The notes below the pieces were generated by a model, which ran no database searches, was not told the DNA's origin, and saw only the letters and a list, made by a program, of their open reading frames with translations. A program made the translations under genes and the position numbers. DNA of 64,000 nt from the human T2T-CHM13v2.0 reference genome, Homo sapiens: the NCBI RefSeq assembly GCF_009914755.1, contig NC_060936.1. The stretch is one strand, 5' to 3'. Of this stretch, positions 12,645 through 27,350 are shown piece by piece (position 1 is the first letter of the stretch; each line of letters starts with the position of its first letter).

Positions 12645-13140
12645 TATTTAAATATATTATTAAAATATATTTTCTATATTATTAAATATATTATTAAAAT
12701 ATATTTTCTATATTATTAAATATATTATTAAAATATATTTTCTATATTATTAAATATATTATTAAAATATACTTTCTATATTATTAAATATATTATTAAA
12801 ATATATTTTCTATATTATTAAATATATTATTAAAGTATGTTTTCTATATTATTAAATCTATTATTAAAGTATGTTTTCTATATTATTAAATCTATTATTA
12901 AAGTATGTTTTCTATATTATTAAATCTATTATTAAAGTATGTTTTCTATATTATTAAATCTATTATTAAAGTATGTTTTCTATATTATTAAATCTATTAT
13001 TAAAGTATATTTTCTATATTATTAAATCTTATTAAAATATATTTTCTATATTATTAAATCTATTATTAAAGTATGTTTTCTATATTATTAAATATATTAT
13101 TAAAGTATGTTTTCTATATTATTAAATATATTTTAAAACA
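12645..13140. repeat. AT-rich minisatellite, ~34-bp unit, about 14 copies
   Basis: Unit tttctatattattaaat(a/c)tattattaaa(a/g)tat(a/g)t repeated in tandem. Confidence 0.95.
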
Positions 13141-14139
13141 TATATTTTAACATTTATATGATGTTCCATCATGTGGTTAAATCACAATTAAACATTCTCC
13201 TGTTAATGGATTATTATTTTTGATGCCATAAAGACTGCAGTAAATATATTTGTGTATAAAACTTGTTTTTGATATTTTGGCTTTGTGTTAGGTAACATCC
13301 GCAAAAGTAGAATTACTGAGTCAAAGGGCAAACATTTTTAATTCTTTAATGTTGTTTCTCAAGAAATGGCAGAAATAGATTGTAATATAGAGACACGCAT
13401 CAAAAAATTAGTGTTTTTTTGAGTGATTAGTATATAACCTACATTTGTCTTTTTTTTTTTATATTTTATTTTTTATGAGAAGACCTAAAGTTAATGGAAC
13501 AGTGTAAAGTAACTACTTATATTTAAAGTACCTATTTTAAAGGAACTCAGATTATTTTATCACATTAATTTGCATAATTCTTTAAGGTAGGTGGTAAAAT
13601 TATTATAGGTGAAAAAAATGGGGCTAATGCTCTTGTTCAAATTCATTTAACTAGGGTTTGACAGAGCCCTAAATGGAATTTTTACTTCTTAAAAAAATCT
13701 TACTTGCTATGTCTTTGTGACCTTAATATAACTTTTATCAGAAAACTATTCTTACGGCAAAGGGAAAAATTATAGATGCCACAAATACATCTCCTCTATA
13801 ATAGATTTGCAGCAAAAAGGAGAAGGACTGAAAGGGCATAAAGTTGAAATTCCCTCATTTTAAGGTATTCTAAAGAATTCATGTAAATAACAGATTAGCA
13901 TGTGCAGTGTTCCCTGCTTGGATACATTTATGCATATTTTAAATGGACTTGATCCTGGAGAGACATAAAAATTGTTATTTAGAGGCAGGGTCTTGCTCTT
14001 TTTCCATATTGTTTTCCTTGAACTCTAGATGGATACATGTATATGTATATACATTTATAAGAATGTTTAGATTTTTCCAATATGGTCTTCAATCAACAAA
14101 TATTTATTTTAAACAGTTTTTCATATTTTTCATTTACTT

Positions 14140-14433
14140 TCTTTTTAGAGACAGGGTCCTGGTCTGTCACCTGGCTGGAGTGCAGTGACATGATCATAGC
14201 TTAGTATAACCTCAAACTCCTGGGCTCAAGCTATCCTCCTGCCTCACTTCCTGAGTAGCTAGGACTACAGGTGTGCACCACTATGCCTGGCTAACTTAAA
14301 AATTTATTTTTTTTTTGTAGAGATGGGGTCTCTGTATGTTGCCCAGGCTGTTCTCAAACTCCTGGCCTCAAGTGATCCTCTCACCTTGGCCTCCCAAAGC
14401 ATTGGAATTACAAGCATGGGCCACTGCACCCAG
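14140..14433 (-). mobile_element. AluJ-like
   Basis: Diverged antisense Alu (gggctcaagctatcctcc, tatgttgcccagg). Confidence 0.9.
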
Positions 14434-14879
14434 ACTTATTTTTCTTATTATAGAAGAAAAACACACATTTTATTGCAAAAAGATCACAAATATATTAAAC
14501 TGAGTAATAGTATCAGTTTTATTGGTTTGTTTTGAGGATTCAATATGTAGAACTGAGCACAATGCTGTGTATTTCATGAATGAGCAATAAATATTAGCTA
14601 TTGGTAATATTAGACTTGCAGGCTGATATAGCAGAAAGCCAAAGAGGGAGGGAAGTCTACATTGGAGGGAAGGAGTAGTTGAAGTGAGTGATTGTATGGT
14701 CCAGATTAGGAAGCTAGAGAAGTGGTTGAAATATGTTAGCAGAAGAATATGGGTGGACACCTTTAATTAGGAGGAGAGAAGGATAGATAAAAGGAGACTT
14801 TGAACAAATAACTTGATAGCAGAAAACCTGCTTTTAAAATAGTTTTTCTGTTTTTTTTTTCTTTCATTTTGACATGTTT

Positions 14880-17800
14880 CATAGGCACGACTGGAAAAAA
14901 ATTACAACAAATAAGGCAAAAAACGTTTAAGGATTAGAAAGGAAATAATACAACTGTATTTTTTCCCAGGTGACTTAACTGTATACATAAACATTCAAAA
15001 TCACCTACGGATAAGCTATTATAATTAATAAGTGAATTTAGCAAAGCCATCCAAAGAAGGCATGTATATAAATTGACAAGCTGACTATTAAATTTATGGG
15101 GAAATATAAGACAATCTTGAAGAAGGACAAAAAAGGTGGAAGGCTTGTACTAATAGTTAACAAGATTGATTTTAATCCTGAATTAATTATTATGGTGTAT
15201 TATTTATGTAAGCCTAGGCAAATCAATCAGTGAACAAAACATAAATTCAACCTCTAATTCATGGCAAATGTGACACTGAAGAGCAGTGGGAATATGACAA
15301 TTTTAAAAAGAAGTGGTTTCCCATATGGAAAACAGTAAAATTTAAGACCTGCTTCACACGCTACCTCAAAATCAGTTTGAGGTAGAATCTGTTGCTAGGG
15401 GTGAATGGTAGAACACTAAATTTTCTAGAAGATAACATTGGAGAATATCTTCATGACCTTGGGGTAGGGAGTGATTTTTGGAAAAAGACACAAAAAGTGC
15501 TTGCTATAAAGGCAAATATTAATAAGTTGTCCAAATTAAAATGATGAGCTTCTGTTCATCAAGAGATATAATCTAATAAACAAAGAGGCATGCCACAGCA
15601 TGGGAAAAGAGATCAGCAATGCACACAACTGCCAAGGCATTCAGTCAGAGGATTAAGAACTCCTATAGATCAACAAGACACAGACAGAAAATTGAATAAA
15701 AATGGACAATTGACTTGAACAAGCACTTCAAAAAATAGATATCCAACTAGTTAATAAAGTGTGCCAATTCATTAGTAACCAGGGAGATGGAAGTTAAAAT
15801 CACAATAATATAGCATAAAGCACCCACCAGAATGGTTAAAAGGAAAAAGACTGATAATCCCAAGTGTTGAGGAGGATGTGGAAGAAACAGAACTCTCTCA
15901 CTGATAAGAGTGTAAATTTTTGTCCTTGTTTTGGAAAACTGGCACTATTCACTAAAGATGAATAGGGAGATACTCTGTGACTTAGCAGCTCTACTCCTGG
16001 GTACATATGTTTATGGAAAGACACATACAAGAATGTTCATAGCAGCAGCTTTATTTATAATAGCCAACATAAGTATATAAGTATATTTTCACCTAAAGAC
16101 ATATATATGTGTATATATATATATGTGTCTGTGTATATATATATACACGTGTGTATATATATGTGTATATGTATGTGTGTATATATGTGTATATATGTGT
16201 GTGTGTATATATACACACACACACACATACACACACACAAAACAATGTTCATTGCAGTTTCATTTATAATAACCAGAAACTGGAAATGATTTAAATATCC
16301 ACTATCAGGAGAATGAATAAATCAATTGTGTTATATTCACATGTTCACACAAAGCAATACTATAAGAAATGAAAAAGAATGAACTATAGCTACATGCAGT
16401 AACATGGATGAATCTTATAAACATCATGATTGAGAGAAAGTAGATGCACAAAATAATACAGAATATATAATTCTACTTACACAACCTTGAGAACCCAGCA
16501 AAAGTAATAGTGACAGAAATTAGTGATAGGAAGTGGTTATCTTTGGAGAGGAAGTGGATAGTGGTTTTGGCACTGGGGTTTTCTTGGGTACTATTATTGT
16601 CCTGTTTTTATAGGGGTGGTGGTTACCTGGGCAAGTTTACTTTGTGATAATTCATGGTGCCATACAGTTAAGATTTGTGTATTTTTCTGTGTGTAATATA
16701 CTTCAGTGGAAATTTCATTTTAAAAAGCCAATTGTATTTCTAAATGACATCAGTTGTATACTTTAGCCATTTGCAATATTAGCAAAAGCTAAATTCCTAG
16801 GAATAAGTCTAACTAAAAATGTTCAAGATTTGTATGAAAGAAAATCATTAACTTTCTTTAAAGACATTAAAACTACTCAAACACATGGAGAGACAAACCG
16901 TGTACAAAGAACACAATTCAATACTGTAATGATGCCAAGTTCATATGTATTTACATATAAATGTAACGCAAGTTCAATAAAAGTCCCAAAGCATCTTGGA
17001 AATGATTCTAAAACTCATATGTAAGAACAAAGGGCCAATCATAGGTCACTAATAAAGAAAATTAGTAAGATATGAATTTGTCCTACCAGGTTTCAAGACA
17101 TTATTAATGTGAAGAAATTAACATTCTTTTATTTATGAAGTTATAGGAATTACAACAGCATGGTATTGATGCAATATGGTATTGGCATAGAAACAGAACA
17201 GAGAAGTCAGAAATGGAGAGGGACCAGTGGTTATATGCACCCTCAATATATGATGTAGTGCCATTGCAGATTGGTGGGAAAGGATGAACTTTTCTATAAC
17301 TTGTGGGGAGCTAAATGTTTAATAATGTAAAAAAATTAGATCCATACATCATGTCATACACAAATAATACCTAGTAGATTAAAGACTTAAGTGTGAAGGG
17401 CAAAGCTATAAAAATTTTAGGAGATATAGGAGAATATCATTATGATCCCAAGACACAGGAGGTTTCTTTAGCAAGACACAAAATGTATAAACCATAAACA
17501 AAGGTTTACAAATCCAATCACACTAAAGTCAAGTATTCTTATCCATTGAAAGAAAGCAAAAAATGAATTAATATAGCAATAAATAATAGTAGTAATAGTA
17601 GGAAGAAATCAACAAAAAGAAACAAAAAGATGAGAAAGATAAAAAAAAACTAGGCAAACAAATTACTAGGAATTTTGTAGAAGAGGAAATGCTAATGCCT
17701 CATAACCATCTGAAAAGATGTTCAAACTCATTAATAATTGGAAAATGCTAACTCTTGTGAAATTGACAAGTATGAAAAATTTGGATAAATTGCAGTCTAT

Positions 17801-18240
17801 TCATACACTAGAATATCATACGGCAGTAAAAATTAATGAACTCAGCTACCTATATTAGTATGCTTGAATCTCAAAACATGTGTAGTAAAACAAATTGCAG
17901 AAGAAGGTGTATAGTATGATCCCTCTCACAGGAAGTTCTAAAAGACTCAAAACTCACTTAATGCACTTATAAGTATGTGGCAAACCTATAAAGAAAGCAA
18001 GGGAATAATTAACATTCAATTCAGAATAGTAGTTACTTGGGGAGTGGTGAACAAGGAGAGGAGGTAGGGAAAGAGCTGCAACTAAGAGGGGCCCTCAGGG
18101 AGACTATAATTACTAGAAAAGCTCTATTTTTTTTAAGGTGGGGGGTAAGTACAAGGGTGATCAATTTATTATTTCTCCCTGAAATGTATATACCACCTTT
18201 TAAATAGGTGGTATATTTCATAGCAACAGTGTAAAAGAAA
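14880..18240 (+). mobile_element. Fragmented ancient L1M (L1MC/ME-type) ORF2 C-terminus and 3'UTR pieces, probably two elements
   Basis: A-rich, with L1M motifs (aagaatgttcatagcagc, aacatggatgaatct); similar ORF2 3' motifs recur after about 16.75 kb. Confidence 0.65.
16100..16238. repeat. Compound (TA)/(TG)/(CA) microsatellite
   Basis: Direct reading. Confidence 0.95.
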
Positions 18241-19517
18241 AAATTAAATAAAAGTAGTTTCCATTAAAAAATAGAAAGTATAATAATTATAACATTGTTT
18301 AACCTCAGTAATAAAGAGAAGAAATTTAAACTTGGAAATTGGTACCTTGACAAATCTTTGAAGTTTCCATTTTCATCTTTGTAATATGATTTGCCAATAT
18401 CCATTAAAAAGAAAAGATGCCATTGTACAATGGAAAAAGAAGGCCAAAAATATCAGAAGAAAATTCTCAAGAAAGGAAAATACTAGTCGATAGTACTAGT
18501 TGAGTGTGTCTTACCAAAATACATTGAAAAAACTTTTCAGAGCCATGGGCCAAAGATTACACAAAGGGGCAGTTTGTTTTTATATCTGGAGTTCATAAAA
18601 AATATGCTTCAGAGATCATTGGTTAGTCCATCCATGCAGAAAAGGAATGTGTGTTGTCATTTTAAACAGAGGCAGTAGGTTCATTACATGAAAACTCCTG
18701 AATGAGTTATTACTATCAAGATTCATTTATGAAAGGAAATTCAGGAAAAAGGACATGATGATTTCAGGAGAGGAGGCTTAGTCTGCAAAGGAAGCTGCCA
18801 ACTCTAGTGAGAGTAATTTAAGAGAAGACAGTCTTATATAAAGGCCAACACCAGTGACATTATAGAAAAAGAGCATTTTGGAAATAGAAATGTTGATTTC
18901 TGTATGTACAAAACCACTCCATTTGCTGTGATTCTAGACTTAAATATGAACCTAGTTAAAAAAACTCACTTTTACAAAGTTAAAATTTTTTTAAAAAAAT
19001 TCAAATACTGTTAATAACTCAGTGGGGAGGGGTTGGAATATTTTTTCCCTAGAGCTCTCTGAAAATTTTAGCCTGACAAAGGTTTATTCTTACGAATAAT
19101 CTTTCTTGTTTTTTATGTTATATAGGTTTCACATTCTCTGCCTCAGGACAGTTACTTTTTACCAGTTTGTATGTGACTTGCACTTGGCATATTAATAGCA
19201 GGAGATAAAGCCCGGCAGGTATGATTGTTTGCTGAGAAATAAATTTGGAAAAAATCCTGAGAATGCAAAGGAGGATCTTATCTTTGAAAGGGAATATGGC
19301 CCTGGAAGTGAGTAGAAATGGCTTGATGTAGGTGTGATGGCAGATTATTCTTGTATTTTTGGATGAGATCAGTTTGGAGAGTTTGGCTTTAATCATCTTA
19401 CAGTCCAAAAAGCCATAGGAAACATTCTGATAAGGAAAAAATGTACATTAATGTTATTTTTAAAATATTGAAGCCAAATGGTCTTTTGTTTATCCTCAAA
19501 ATTCACTGGTTGGTATC

Positions 19518-19925
19518 TGTTTCAGTCCATTTTGAGTTGCTATAAAGTAATACCTGACACTGGGTAAATTTATAAAGAAAATACGCTTATTTGGTTCATG
19601 GCTCTGCATGCTATACAAGAAGCATGGCTCCAGCATCTGCTTCTGGTAAGGACCTCAGGAAGCTTCCACTCACAGCAGAAGGCAAAGTGGGGCCAATGCA
19701 TTACATGGTAAGAGAGAGAGGGGAGAGAGGTTCTAGACTCTTATTAACAACCAGATCTCATGGGAACTAACAGAGAGAACTCACTTAGTCTCCTGAGAAT
19801 GGCACCAAGCCATTCATGAGGGATCCACCCCCATGACTCAAACACCTCACACTAGGCCCCTCCTCCAACATTGGGGATCAAATTTCAACATGAGATTTGG
19901 AGGTGACAAATATCCTAATTATATT
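19518..19925 (-). mobile_element. MaLR solo LTR (MSTB-like)
   Basis: gttgctataaag...cagcatctgcttctgg...ggcaccaagccattcatgagggatccacccccatga...tttcaacatgagatttggagg. Confidence 0.88.
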
Positions 19926-20129
19926 AGTGTCCATCTAGGAAACACGAATCAAAGTGCTCCACCATGGATTGTATGGCCAACGGCTAAACACTTTAGCTGA
20001 CCTTACTTTAGGATAGGGTGCCTGAGACATGGGGATCAGGAATTGAAGTCTTGGTGAGTGTTTCCAAAGACCTCATCATCGAAACTGCAAAAGTTCATTC
20101 ACTCGTGCAGCAGATGTTAAGCAAATGCT

Positions 20130-20167
20130 CTGTGTGTGTGTGTGTATGTGTGTGTGTGTCTGTGTGT
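20130..20167. repeat. (TG)n microsatellite
   Basis: Direct reading. Confidence 0.9.
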
Positions 20168-20519
20168 AAACCTTACGGAAGCCTGGGAATGGAACAGGCA
20201 GTAAGACAAATATGTAGTTACTACCCTTATTTAGACTACCTTGTGATACCATGAGGCAGAAAGACATTAAACATCCACAAAGGAAAAGGACAGGATGCAA
20301 TAAAATGATAAAGGAGAGAACCTAGTCTCCTGTAAAGGTAACATTTTGCTGAGCCTGAGAATATAGTTATATAATAAATAATTTTTGATTGATTGGATGC
20401 CAATAGCATTGTTACAGATTTAATGTTTTGAAAATTTTTTAATTCATAAAGTTTTCACTAGTCAAATTCCCAATCTTTTCTTGGCTTTCAAAATAGCCTA
20501 GAAAGAATAGGCATCTACA

Positions 20520-20826
20520 TTTTTTTTTTTTTTTTTTTGAGACAGAGTCTTGCTCCATCACCCAGGCTGCAGTATTGCTGAGTGGCACAATCTCAGCTCA
20601 CTGCAATCTCCACCTCTCTGATTCAAGCAATTCCCCTGCCTCAGGCCCCGAGTAGCTGGGATTACAGGCGCACACCACCACGTCCAGGTAATCTTTTTGT
20701 ATTTTTAGTAGAGATGGGATTTCACCATGTTGGCCAGACTGGTCTCGAACTCCTGACCTCAGGCAATCCACCCACCTCGGCCTCCCAAAATGCTGGGATT
20801 ACAGGTGTGAGCCACCGCACCTGGCC
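20520..20826 (-). mobile_element. AluS (Sx-like)
   Basis: Antisense Alu with poly-T; TSD aggc(a/g)tctac at 20509 and 20827. Confidence 0.95.
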
Positions 20827-21124
20827 AGGCGTCTACCTTTAACAAAGCTAAGAAATGATCCACAATTCAAAGCCCAAGGAAAATATAAGTGAAAGAAATA
20901 TAAAAGATGGAGTCAAATGTGATAACTTTCTTTTAATACTATTGCCATATTTTAATTTTATGCATTGTTATTTGAGTTTTGAGGAAGCTTCAGGCTGCTA
21001 TCCATTGATGTGGTTATTCTATAAAGAGTTGTATGGTATAGGAATGCTTTTGTGAATCTTATTTCTTCCATACAAATTAACTGGTTAATACTTAAACAAG
21101 TTTGGAATGAGAAAGGTGGTTTGC

Positions 21125-21305
21125 TGAAATCCCAAATTCGCAACCTGCTGTATGAATTTGGGTAAGCCTTAATCTTACTGAGGCTTACCTTTCTCATCTG
21201 AAAAATCAGTATTTTTTCATCACTGCTGTCAGAATTATGAGATTGCATATGTAAATTACTTATTACAGTGCCTGGAGCATGGTGGTTTCTCAGAAAGCAT
21301 TAGGC
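21125..21305 (+). mobile_element. MIR fragment
   Basis: Core tttctcatctgaaaaat; 3' part acagtgcctgg. Confidence 0.65.
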
Positions 21306-21504
21306 TTCACCAGCGCATCCACAGAGTTAAATATAAAGAGCCTTGTCCATGATAGGGGCACAATAAATCTTACTTTTAAAATACATTTTATTATTAAATA
21401 ACAGTTATTAGATGAGGCTTTGGTTTTGGTAATCTCGGAGGAGATAATTACTCTACAGAGTATGACAGAAAAAGAATTGACTGCCATCCTAAAATATTTT
21501 AGGC

Positions 21505-21816
<312 letters not shown>

Positions 21817-22003
21817 TTAGACAAATTATTTGATATAACCACTACGCATCTAGTTTTTATAAAAATACTTCATCTTTTCATATAGTTTGTCAGGCTAATT
21901 ATAGATTAAGTATGTGATAATGTACATATAATAAACAGTGTTCTATGTGCTGGGCCTGGTACTTGGCACACACTGTATACATGTGAGCTATGGATTGTGA
22001 ATA

Positions 22004-22410
<407 letters not shown>

Positions 22411-22660
22411 CCTTTGTTTTTTAAGTATTGTCTTCATTCTGCATTACAAAGTGTTTTATTATTCCAACTTCCATGTGAATTTTGGAAGAGAGCTAGGTGG
22501 TACTTAAGAGGACGTCAAATTGATAATTACTCAAGTAACAATAATCAAATAATAAACATGATCATTGTTTTCTATATAATTCTGTACTTTGCAAAGAACT
22601 TTCATGTAATTGATTTTTTTTTTTTTACCCTTACAACTATTCATTAAGAATCCCCTTCTT

Positions 22661-22926
22661 GGCCGGGCGCGGTGGCTCACTCCTTTAATCCCAGCACTTT
22701 GGGAGGCCAAGGCGGGCGGATCACGAGGTCAGGAGATGGAGACCATCCTGGCTAACACGGTGAAACCCCATCTCTACTAAAAATACAAAAAAATTAGCCG
22801 GGCGTGGTGGCGGGTGCCTGTAGTCCCAGCTACTCAGGAGGCTGAGGCAAGAGAATGGCGTGAACCCGGGAGATGGAGTTTGCAGTGAGCCGAGATCGCA
22901 CCACTGGACTCCAGCCTGGGCGACAG
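22661..22926 (+). mobile_element. AluY, 3'-truncated (no tail or 3' TSD)
   Basis: Ends at cctgggcgacag and passes directly into non-Alu sequence. Confidence 0.95.
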
Positions 22927-23300
22927 TAGTCTCTTTCTACCTACTAATTATGAGATAGCAGTTGAGCATGGTGGTTTCTCAGAAAACATTAGGCTTCACT
23001 AGTGCCTCCTTAGGGTTACATATAAAACAACAGTCCATTAAGGTGAGTATCATACAGACTTTCTCCTCCCTCTTCCTTGTTCTCTTTCTCCTTTTTAATG
23101 AGAAGACTGAGCCTTAGGGAGAATAAAGGACTTGCTCAAAGGTACACCCACAGGAAATGGAAGATCTGGGGACTTGATCACAGGCTTTTCCCTGTGGACC
23201 CCAATTTATCAACTGCTTGCTGTGTCTAAGATAAGCCAGCCCCATGCACTCATTCCTCATATCCCTTCTTTATAAAAAAAAAAAAAAAAAACACTGTCTA

Positions 23301-23600
<300 letters not shown>

Positions 23601-25885
23601 GACCATCTAGTGTTAGTCTCTTTCCACTTATGAACGTTACATTTTGTTTGCTGATTTTCTAGATGGAAAGCTTTGAGGACCATGATACTTTGGCCACAAT
23701 GCCCGTATGTTTTAATCATTGGTTATAAATGCCTGTGGCAGCAGCCTCGTCATCCTTACTCAAAGGAGCATTGTTCATTTTACTTCCTGTGGTCTCGGGC
23801 TAGAGTTACTGAGTGGAAGTAGTCCCCTGTTTTTAGAAGAGGAAAGCTTATATAAATATTTCACTTACCAGGTACTTTATGAACCTTAAAATGGTGTCAT
23901 ATGTGGCGGTCATCCATAAGCAGTGTTTATTTCAGTCATTTAATAATTTGCTGAACAAATACTTTGTTTCTAAATCACAATATTGTGGGAGATTTAAAGT
24001 GACTTTTTCCCCGAACCCCTTAGTAGAGAATTCTGTATTCCATTTCTTCTTCAGATAAAAAAACAAGGATGTAGAGCATAGACTGGCACTCTCCTGTAAA
24101 CTTTGCACTTGATAGCCTTGACTTCCAAGGTTGCATTTTGAGTCTTTGAGTCAGTTTCCCCTTAATGTTTTGTATATATTCTTTCATTATTAGAATACTA
24201 AGGTGATGACTTGGGTGTGGGTTAACCATGCTTAATTGCAGTTTTGATTTATCCGTGATTTGGGATACAGTCATTACCTTTCTCCACCTCATTAATCCAC
24301 TCATCAAAAGTTGACTGCACACATTTTTTCATTGGAAATTTAACTGCTTCCAAACCACAGAGGTGGCTCCTCTGTATGACTTCAAATACTAGTTTCAAGT
24401 ATCAAAGAGTGTCCGGGCCAGCCAAGATGTCCTTGAACAATAGAGGTCAGTTCACTGCGGCGGCTCAGTCTTGTGGTTCTCTTTCTTGACTGGAACTTAT
24501 AAAGTTGGAGCCAGAACCAAGACATTATGCTTACTTCAGATAAATCCTAAGTATAAATTAGTCAGAAATTAAGTAAATCCCATTTGGCAAGGTCATAAAA
24601 AATATCCCAGGGTCTTGAATATATTTAAATGCCATAAATGGTGAAATTTGCAGCTCATTAAATATGAGGAAATGATTTAAATAATAAAACCCTAAACTTC
24701 AAACTCACTGTTATTTTCTTTTCCCACCTTCAATTTCCTGCCAGGAAATAGTGCCATAGACCAACAATCTTGTGGTTCAACTCTCTGCTGCCAAAGGCGT
24801 ATGTTCAAGTTATCTTAAACTAATTCCTACAAATGAATGTCTAACTGATTCTTAAAAACCTCTGAGGGAGATTCCATAAACTCCTTTAGTAAACTTTAGC
24901 AATGTTTGAATGACCTTGCAGTCAAAGGCAGTTCTTAATATTTAAACTAAACCTCTTTGCTGGTGTCAGAATATCACCCGTGAGTTTGTTTTTATAAATA
25001 TCAGAGATGGAAAAGATTTATCTTGAGACTACATGAGAAGTACTTGAAATAACACTTTTGCATTTACTAAATTATTTCCTGAAATAGTTTTTTTAAAAAA
25101 ATTCTTTCAATGTTGTAGGAATAGCTCTTATATTTATTCATTTAGGATTCTTATTAAATAAATTAAATTTATGATATGTAGTCCTTATGTAGTGGTAACA
25201 TTTTTGGTGGTGTGTGGGTTTAGAAGGATCTGAGGGCCCTCTCTATCCAGACATTTTATGATTTTTTTTGTTTAGTTATGATTGAATGATGAACGTTTTT
25301 CAGAAAAGCCGGTTTTACCCTAGGTATTCTAGTTCTGTTTCTTGGACTATAAATAGTATGAGTAAGATTTGGACAAGTCTGTGAACTTTCCACTGACTTA
25401 ATTAGAGCATTGTTTTCCACTGGTTGTTCCTGAGAGTCAGGGTCAGATCTGATAGGGGATTAGCTCAGTTCCAAATACTGCGTATACTGACTCAACACGA
25501 GAATGAAAGCCAGAATATGAGAAATGACAGAGATGTGCAGGCTTGAAATAATGTTTTCAAGTTCATATTATGGATACCCATCTGCTCTGTAGGTTCCCTG
25601 GATAAAATTATTCATTCTTGAGATTTTATATACCATTTGCATATTACGGATTCTCAGTTTTTTTGTTCTTGTCTAAACTCCTCTTCTGATAAGTTTCTAC
25701 TGAGTGCTAGATTATATGTACAACTTTAGACCTTGTGGTGTCTTGGATTTTCATGGACACCCCATACTCAACATGTACAAAATTGAGTCTTCCACTCAAA
25801 CCTGCCCTCTCCTATCTTAGTGAGTGGTACCACCATTCTTCTGGTTAGTTGCTCAAGCAGGAAACTGTCTTGATTTCATGTACCT

Positions 25886-26023
25886 GTGTCAATTAGGACT
25901 AGGTTTTACTGTATAGAAAGTTCCAGTTAATAGTAACTAAAATAAGATAAAAGTTTACTTTAGCTGTGCACAAAAATCTGGATTGGCACTTGAGGACTGT
26001 ATGGTGCCCTATAACATGGACTT

Positions 26024-26060
<37 letters not shown>

Positions 26061-26360
26061 CTTATTGCCTTTTATGGATAGTGGCATCCAAATTCCAGGC
26101 AGCAGTTTAAAGCAACAGAGAAAGAAGAGCAAAGAGCATATATCTCTATCTCATCAAAAAGATTTCAAGAAGCTGCTACATAAACACTTCTGCTTACCAT
26201 CCAGGTGACCTGCATTTAGTCATATGGCTATACCTAGCTGCAAAGGGAAAGTGGGAGCTGTAGTTTCCATTCTGGGAAGCCATGTGCCCCAAATTGGAGG
26301 CTTGATCACCATTGAAATAGGGGAGAATGGATATTGCAGGATAAGTTGTGCATTCCCAAA
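25886..26360 (-). mobile_element. Old MaLR LTR (MLT1-like) containing (TA)n at about 26027-26056, probably followed by internal sequence to about 26.9 kb
   Basis: gtcatatggctatacctagctgcaaaggga motif typical of old MLT1 LTRs. Confidence 0.55.
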
Positions 26361-26929
26361 TATCCATGAACACACTACTCACTTCTGTTCACACAAGAAC
26401 AACATCAGCCCCTTCTTAAGGAAAGCAACTGCCAAATGCCATAAAATTACTCATCTACTCAAAGTCCTTGACCTTTGGGTATGCTGGTCGCTCTCCATCG
26501 GGGCCAGATGTAGCATTTTGTGGTTTGGTGGCCTACAAACTAAAAGATGTTCTATCGGCCCCGTAAGTGCTAAAAATATAATGGTACAGGAGGAGTAGAA
26601 TAACTTCTGGGAAACAAGAAATGCATAGGAGTCACTATCCATAGCAATTATCAAAATCTGCAGGACAGGAATTCTGAAAATTATGGACTTTCTTCTCGGG
26701 CATTAGAAAAGGTCCTGGATTTAGTTTATTTGGTAGCTCCTGGCTTTGCTTTCTGATAATTCCCTAGTCCCGTGTTCGCTGTGATGCCTGACTATATCCT
26801 TTGGGATTTAGTCATTTTTACTCTCCTCTCCTCCACAGCTGTATCAAAGTACATACCCCCTGAGGATAGTCCATGTCCTACTGGTATAGACTAGGTGGCC
26901 CAGGGATTGCTTTTTGGGCCGAGGGGAGT

Positions 26930-27350
26930 AGTTGAAGAATGCACAGGGGTGAATTTCCCTAGAAAAAAAATGTAAAAGTGAGAGAAGGAGCCAATGATGC
27001 TACGCCTGAGAACATCAACATTTAAGAGTTAGATGGAGAATATGGACCTGACAAGGAAGAGAGAAAATTGTCAGGAAGAGGAGAAGCATGAATTTGTGAT
27101 GTCCTAAAAATCACAAGAAAAGAAAATTTCAAGAAAGAGAATATAGTCCAAAATATATATATTCAGGTTTGTCAAAAATATAGAAATTGAAGTGTCTATA
27201 ATGTTTGGTAAATAGAAGTTGTGTGAGACCTTGCAAAGCAAGAACAGTTTCAGTGGAGAGTTGGTGGGCACAAACGCTGACTGTGGTGGGTGCAAGCGTG
27301 TAATGAGGAAACAGGGTAGCAAGTTTGAATCTGATTATAAAGATAATGAG
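26930..27350 (-). mobile_element. L2 fragment
   Basis: Purine-rich antisense L2 (gaacatcaacatttaagag, agaacagtttcagtggag). Confidence 0.65.

Noticed and set aside
12645-13140. Regular ~34-bp periodicity suggesting a CRISPR-like array
   Set aside because: Units are contiguous with no unique spacers, in a eukaryotic context; it is a VNTR
23780-24780. ETS/RUNX-like motifs (acttcctgtggt, aaccaca, tgtggtt)
   Set aside because: Short motifs at near-chance frequency; an enhancer cannot be supported from sequence alone
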